DNA of 56,392 nt, counting the filler, from Sphacelaria rigidula (taxonomy: Eukaryota): assembly GCA_964200075.2 (NCBI GenBank). It is 6 parts of 6 records of this genome, joined end to end, with 100 filler letters (N's around TTAATTAATTAA, not from the genome) between each part and the next. Parts side by side here need not be neighbours in the genome. Positions count along the whole stretch, not along the records: positions 47,078 to 56,392 come from CAXNAA020008770.1; 5 more parts are not named here. The stretch is one strand, 5' to 3'. A program made the translations under genes and the position numbers. Under the pieces are notes generated by a model that searched no databases, was not told the origin of the DNA, and worked only from the letters and a program-made list of their open reading frames with translations. Numbering within the stretch: the first letter of the stretch is position 1; every line of letters starts with the position of its first letter. Below are positions 49,407-56,392 of the stretch, piece after piece.

Positions 49407-52400
49407 CATTTCCGTATTTGCATCCGTTCACGAGCGCAACCGCCTCCTCCAGTGTTTCCACAGTGACGCAGCACAGCACCGGCCCAAACACCTCTTCGTC
49501 ATAGGCAGGGATCCCGGGTCCCACATCTCCCGCCAAAATTGTGGGCGCCAAGAAATTACCTTCCTCGTATCCTGCCACTTTGATCCCTCTGAAATCCAAA
49601 ATTAGTTAGAATCACGTGTACAGGGCAGTGTCGAACAAGGGAGTTGCACAGACAAGGATGGCAGGCTCCACAAGTCAATTCGGAGCGGTGTTGCGGAGAG
49701 GGAAGGGGGGGAGGGGGGGAGGGGGGGGTACCCACTGGAAGGGTAGGAGGAGCGGGGGATATGCCATGTAAATTTTTAACATAATTCGAACATAAAACAG
49801 CGGCATGAACAAGGGTATCCGTAAAGTTGAAAAAGCCTCAGCCCCTAAACCGGGAATTTTGCATTTTTTCTGGGGGTGGGGGAAGGGGGGGGTACTCATT
49901 TGTTGCTTACCTTAGTCATTTGACCATTGACCATGCTTCCATTTCGAGACTTTTCCGGGGGGGAGGGGGGTTCAAGGGAATATCGTGCGCCTCCTGAGCG
50001 TAGGGTTAATATCCAACGTAGATGTGTCGTTGTTCAGGGTTCATATGTCGCGATTATTGCGTAGGATATGGAATAACCACACTGTATTCAAGTAATTATG
50101 AGCGGCCACGATCAATCCGAGTGATTTCTTTTCAATTCTGAATTCAAGTAGTTGATGTACCTGTGTGCTGAATTGAACCAAAGAAATGAGATTTTTGTAG
50201 TGTAATGTGTATTGGGTCCCCACTGTGTGGAGTTCACGGTGGCCACTTCATAATCAAGAGATCCGTTCGTAATTATACCTAGTCGAAGGAACTTGTTTGC
50301 TCATACTAAAGTCAAGCTTGGCTTCTTCCGCCCCGGGTTTTGAGGCAGCAAGGTGGCGATGGCAATTTTCCTGGGTGCATTTTGAGTACCTGCATTGCCC
50401 CTGCACGCAAGCAGCAGCTGTTTGTAGCAAAATTCTAGATTGTACAGCAATGCATGGAGTATCGCTAAGCAAAAACAATAGCAGCAACAGTACCTTTACA
50501 AAGCAACAACAGAACGGGGCGCGCTCATGCAGACCAACGGGCTCCCAACTACCCCTCCAATGCACCAAGTCGATAAATTTCCTGGGGTGGGTACAGGCTG
50601 CATGACTATACCGTTGTGTTGCCTCGCATTTTACTGCGACATCGGGCCCACGAGTCTGGGTAGCTTATTCCCCACTGAGGTCGTGGCAACTGCTCCACTA
50701 AAATTATCAAGCTACTGTCAGGAAGCAGAGGTTACACCGTACTTCTCGTAAATGTACAGCGAACGGGAGAAACAATTCAAACTTAGACCCTTAAAGTTCT
50801 GTACTTTTAAAAAAAAACCCTATGCCTGAAAGCTGTGACAGTCCCCTCCTTTTGGGGGTGGGTGGGTGGGTGGGTCAGTGTGTGTGTGGGGGGGGAAATC
50901 CGAGATTCCAGTCTACGGGCACCCTTGGAGATCAACAGCGCTTTCCCATTGTGAGGGACTGATGGTGCTAAACTCCCCAAACCTATTTCAAAGTCAGGGT
51001 AGGGACTGGGAGAGGAGGGGATTGGAAAAAAGGCAACTTCGATGTGGCAACGGACGCACATATTTAGACACGTTCGTACCGTCACGTAACGGAGACGTCC
51101 AATACTGTCACTGCACCAAGGAGAAAGTTCACCTGCCATCAAGGATCACATCGGCACCAGCTTTTGCCGATTCCTGAATCAGCCGCTCCGCCCTGGCCAA
51201 AGCATCTGGGCTGATCATTGGGCCAACGTCCGTGCCCTCCACCCATCCGGCGCCAACCTGTCTTTGCACGCGGAAAAAGGGCGAGCACAAGAGCTAGCTG
51301 CGGTGTGACGCGAACACATTTGAAATGGCTTCAAAGGAACGTAGAACGTGAATTCGAATATTCACGCGTTCGAGGGGCAAAACGACAGAGCACGCCCGTT
51401 TTGCTGCGTACAGCATACAATGGAGTAGAATAGAGTAGACTGGAATAGAGCAGAATCGATTCGTCACTATGTTCTCGAAAATACTTCAGTAGAGTAAGAA
51501 GAAAAAATAACAACGTGAAAACAGAAAAAAATCATGTGAATATAGAGCGGGAGGGGAACGCATACACAAATAAAATGAATCATAAGTAGGAGCACGAGAA
51601 AGCAAGTTACCTGCTCAACATGTTCTGGGCCGATATAACACGAGCTCATGTGACGGAAAAGAGAACAGCAACAGGAACACCTACAACGGTGACAACAATA
51701 ATAAGAGCTGCTTGAACCATGTAGTCGGTTGCGACCACCGTGTTATACCATACATGTACATGTACATGTACATGTGCAGGGGAAGGGGAAGGGGAAGGGG
51801 AAGGGGAAGGGGAAGGGGTGCTGACTATCAAATACTGTCAGGTTTGTTCAAAATTAAAATGACACCACTTTCCCTCCCCCCCAACCTAATTCGTAAGCGC
51901 GCCGCTTTCCAAAAACACAAGCGCTGCATTTCGAGACATGCCATGGGATGTACCCTCAGTCGATGGAGGCGAGACTACTGGAAGGCTGGCAATTGCAGCT
52001 ATCCGACGATGTAAGTCTTGTTGTCCCAAGAAGGAGGGTTGCTCTGGTGGCAAATGTATTGGAAAGATACCCTCCAGAACAGGGTATCACTTTTTGCGAA
52101 AGAATTGAGAACCGAGTTTTCAGCACCAGCAGGCAAACCTAGTCGTGTTGAAAAGACCGGAACATGACTCGGCATGGGATCGTTTCAGTTTTTTGTGGGT
52201 ATTCGAAGCTAGCGACTTTGAGATTTGGCCACTGCAGCAGCATGCTACACTGTCGGATGATCGGACACAAGGCATGACTCGATTGCTTCTTTTCGAACTG
52301 TAGCGCTCGTCCATGCGACATGAGGGGGTCCGAACGGTAACATTGTTATAATAGTGTCAGCATTTTCCCCGTCAAAACATTCACCAAACTCTGGTGCAGA

Positions 52401-55312
52401 CGGTACATGTGACAAATAGATATGACCCAATACCAGAACAAAATAAATTATCGGGAAGTATTGACGAGCTTCGGTTTCCTCCTCACCGTCAATTTGGCTC
52501 ATACATACTACGTCGCATGGATTTAAATATGTGGCGAACTATTCACCAGGATTGATTTTCCCTCCTTTAGGTACGTCTTGTCTTCTCCTTTTGTCGAGTT
52601 TTCTTCAGCGAGCGTTTATGTTTTGTTTCATTATCCCCATCTTTACTTTATCTAGTCTCTTGGTCGACTTTCACTTCCCTTCAGCGATTGGTTCTGTTAT
52701 CTTCACCTTGGGTGCGCCTGCGTTATGGATAATGACCATGGCTTGATCTCTCCGGGATCAGTCAGTCATCAATCTGCGACAATGACCCAATCACCAATTG
52801 ATCAACGATGGATTCCGTGCAGTTTTGGTTTAAAGAAAAAATCCAAGGCTTGGGTAAACATCTCAAGAGCTCTTCGTGCTTTCGATTTATGTTTTTTTCC
52901 CCGATGATTTCACCCGCCTCTAGAGTCACGTTCCGTATCGATCGTTGCATGGGTCTCGACCTTTTGGGGGCAAAATGGACAGGCCGCAGTCATGAGTCGC
53001 CGAAAAATCCGACGCTTCAACGAATAGGCCGACTATGCTTCTTAACTTTTTTTGTTTTCGATCGATCTTACATTTGACTCTCCCCTGACTCACTCATGTT
53101 GTGTTCGAATCTGTCAAAAAAAAAATCGGTTAGTTCGATTATCGCCCGAGACCACAGAAATATACTTGGAAGGTAACCGGCATGTAGTACCATTATCTAC
53201 CCTGTCTTACAGAGAAAAATGGCTCACCTGTCAAGCATGTACATCTGCGCAACAATCTAAAGCCTGTGTTGGATGAGTCCTAATTGTGGGCAAGAATGGA
53301 CGGCTCGTACTTATTACCGTAGTGCTGTACAAAACCTTCAGTTTAGACGCCCCTTCGACGATGTCCTCGATCCACTCACGAGCCTTCCCCACCAAGACCA
53401 CCACCGAGAGTGCCATACATCTCTGCCCGGCGGCCCCGAAGGCAGCTCCAACTATCGCGTTGACGGCAGCATTCCTGTAGCAGGGAATGACAATACATGG
53501 AACAAAATCAGCAGAACCCAAGGTTATCGGATCCCCCCGACGTCATTTTGCCAGCTCGATTTCATCGAGCAGCAGGAGCCGGTGCCAATGAAGCAACGGA
53601 CCTAGCAATAGATGTTGGCGAGAGCTCGCCAACGGTACAGCTTCAGATCGGTGTCATTATGGGCAAGCGTCGTCATCGTCGAGGAAATTTAGTTCGACAA
53701 CGATACTAGGGACTGCCATGACCATGACCCTTAATTGTACGGGACAACTGCAACTAGGGGTGGGGCAGCCCTAGAGCACCTGGAGATTGATTAAGGTTCA
53801 TATCTTGTGGTAGGATGATCTGCGTTTTACAGAACGATCGTCGATCAGGCCGAACAAGGCACGCGGCGACGGGTTCTGATCAGTTCAGGGACTTCGCTGC
53901 AAACACGGGATCGTAAAAAATAACGCACACAAGGCATTCATGGTTTCATTATACCTCTACTCCGTGTAATTACGACCACAAGTCAATCGCTACGTGGCCT
54001 GTGACTTATACTCTGCGGTGTCATACTTCCTAGCGTACATCATATCGTGCATGTCGTGTAAGTGTACATCATGTAGTGTGATTGGAACAGAGAAGAAAAC
54101 AGAGAGCGCAAAACAAAAGCAACCCGTCAAAAACGTCTATTCCTCGCATGGAAGTGATTTCGAGCTCACTATCCAGAACTCCATTGCATCTACATCAACG
54201 TCGAAATTCACATCAAACGTCTTACTCCGTACTCGCAATATCTTGTTTTGAAGGTAGTTTTTTTTTGTATGAGACGTTCGCGTAGGTACATTGGGGTCAT
54301 GGACAGCGAGCAGCTCACTGATGCAGTAGCTTCATTCAAGAAATATAAAACAAACTGACGAACAGCTATTTGTTGAACGCAAACTCTCCAAAAACGCCAG
54401 AGATTTTCGTTCTAGACTTGTGCATGAAAAACTTTGCCTGTCGGCGTCCGGCAGGATGATCCCGTGATTTTTCGCCCCCATGTTAGACTGGACACGTTTA
54501 CCGTTCCCGGTGCCCCGAGCGAAGATATGCTCTCCCGCCTGCGAAGGAATAAAAGAAGAGAGGAAAAAACAGAGAAGGAGAAAAATAAGCGAGAAAAACG
54601 CCAAGAGGGAGAACAGAATGCGCTCAGCACGACGGATTGCGAGCGAGCCGTGTCTAGTCAACTCGTCGACTCCCAAGGATTTCGGAGATTCCGTGCAGGA
54701 TCAATGGTGTATTTTGGAATCAAGTCAGAAACGAGCGTCGTATCGGAACACACGGACTCACTGGAATATGACGACACGCTTCGCAGTTAAAATGGGTTGA
54801 GCTTGGGGCCGCGTGCACGCACAGGGATGACAACTCGCCGCATGTACAGGCTTAGGTCATGCATTACCTCAAAAACGTTGCACACTCATGACATTAACCC
54901 TCGGGAATGAAAGGGGACATACTGGAGTACGACAACTCTACAGTGTAATCAATAAAACAGGTACTATGAGTAACACCCATCTACATCAGGACGCAGACAC
55001 CGACTGGCACGATGATTTTATGCATATCTCTCCCTTGGCACTTGACCAAAGCGCACTTCGGAATATTTTCACCGCATTCGTCACAATTGAATGAGCCGTC
55101 ATTGCCATGTAAGCGGATACCGATGAACTTGATTCGCTATGACAGTTCACCATTCTCTTTCGGTCGCGACGCCAAAACTTGGCCGTAATAAAGACAGCGA
55201 CAGTCATGAAGACCGACCTGGTTCCCCCCAACAAAAGATATAGCCTTGATGTCCGGTGCATCACAGATGAAATTCACCGCCTCCCGCCCCCCGTGGATAA
55301 TGTTCAGAACAC
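49407..55312 (-). CDS. ALDH6A1: Methylmalonate-semialdehyde dehydrogenase (ALDH6), five internal exons
   Basis: Exons 55312-55218 (GVLNIIHGG..DIKAISFVGGNQ), 54538-54438 (AGEHI..KRVQSNMGAKNHG), 53474-53336 (GAAFGAAGQRCMA, catalytic Cys), 51257-51133 (DVGPMIS) and 49588-49407 (EEVFGPVL..YGNG). Phases are consistent. Confidence 0.96.
51750..51818. repeat. (TACATG)n and (GGGGAA)n microsatellites (intronic)
   Basis: Read directly from the sequence. Confidence 0.9.
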
Positions 55313-56392
55313 CTGCGGTACACGAAACGACCCCACAAAGTCGCACGAAACCCCTCCAAGGTCACATACGTTCCGCAAGATCAAAAGATCACATGTTCGC
55401 AGGTCTACCAGTTCGCAAGCTCACAAGATCAAGACTTGACATGTTTGCATGCTTTCAGGGATAGTGTCGAGTCTGGGATCTCTGTCGCGTGTGACAGCCG
55501 GTCTGAGCGATCGGAACCATGAGCCCAAGAAAAGTGCAAACGATGGTCCAAGTGTATGTGCGGGCTTGCTGGTGAGGATGCTGGGTGCGCCTTTGAAACG
55601 AAAGAAAGATGTAGCATCGCCATGCTATGTATCATGTAAAATATACCTTTCTGTATCCTTCACTTTTTCGTCAGCGAGTGTCTCCATTTAGTTTTATGTC
55701 GATTACATCCATCATGTGGGTAATGACCAAGGCTGGATCATCACTACCTGGGGGGGGGGGGGGGTGCTTTCGGGGGTATTGCCCGGTTTTTTTTTCCCCC
55801 TTTTGAGGTTAAACACACAAGAAGGGTTTTCATATTTTTGTNNNNNNNNNNTTTTTTGTTATTACCGTTAATGGGGGGGGAAAGCACGGAGGTTGTATTC
55901 CCCCTGTGGGGGGGGGGGGGGGGTCTGTTCGGGGTAATGACCCGGTCTTTGTTCCACCATATGCAGATGAAACACACAGAACGGATTTCACGAGTTTGCT
56001 ATCGATGCACATGCAGGAGGAAAACGGATTTTGGATTGTACATCATCTCCCGAAAATCGATTCTCTCTGTGAAAGACATGGATCGAGTAGCGCATCGCGT
56101 CTGACGTGTCCAACGGTTTCAAGAAAGAAGCAGGTGGACGTCCAAGGGTACAGGGCACTGTACAGCAGACTTCGCTTCGACTCCGGCCAAAGTACAAGCC
56201 CCCACATTCTAACATTCTAACCGACACCGCGCCGCGGTGATCCAACCGGTCGTGCACATTCATCAGCACTGGTTCGGGGAGAGTTTGTGGGATCGAATCT
56301 CAAGTGCAGAATGTTTCGGGAATGAGGCGACAAGAGTTAGCGAGAAAACCGACATTTGATAAACGTTGACGGACTGCGGGGAAGCTGATAGT

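Overview
This window is not contiguous DNA. It is six unrelated contigs of about 9.3 kb (1-9316, 9417-18732, 18833-28147, 28248-37562, 37663-46977, 47078-56392) joined by 100-bp N44-TTAATTAATTAA-N44 linkers. It is eukaryotic, intron-rich and repeat-rich, most likely a brown alga (Phaeophyceae, Ectocarpus-like); this is inferred from gene architecture and the TPR exon type. Host genes, all partial: (1) a tandem array of six 126-bp phase-0 exons on the minus strand, each encoding one 42-aa TPR repeat and separated by homologous ~290-bp introns, as in brown-algal NB-ARC-TPR candidate immune receptors; (2) a six-exon gene of unknown function with an apparently split RanBP2-type zinc finger; (3) the 3' six exons of MPP10; (4) five internal exons of methylmalonate-semialdehyde dehydrogenase (ALDH6), one intron having a GC donor; (5) an isolated F-BAR-like exon. 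Mobile DNA: two decayed chromodomain-bearing Gypsy elements, three LINE relics, a Stowaway/mariner-like MITE and several foldback/hairpin elements. There are also two dispersed retroposon 3'-end families, one of which appears to end in, and insert into, C-runs (19-bp TSD seen). All calls come from manual reading; no database searches were run.
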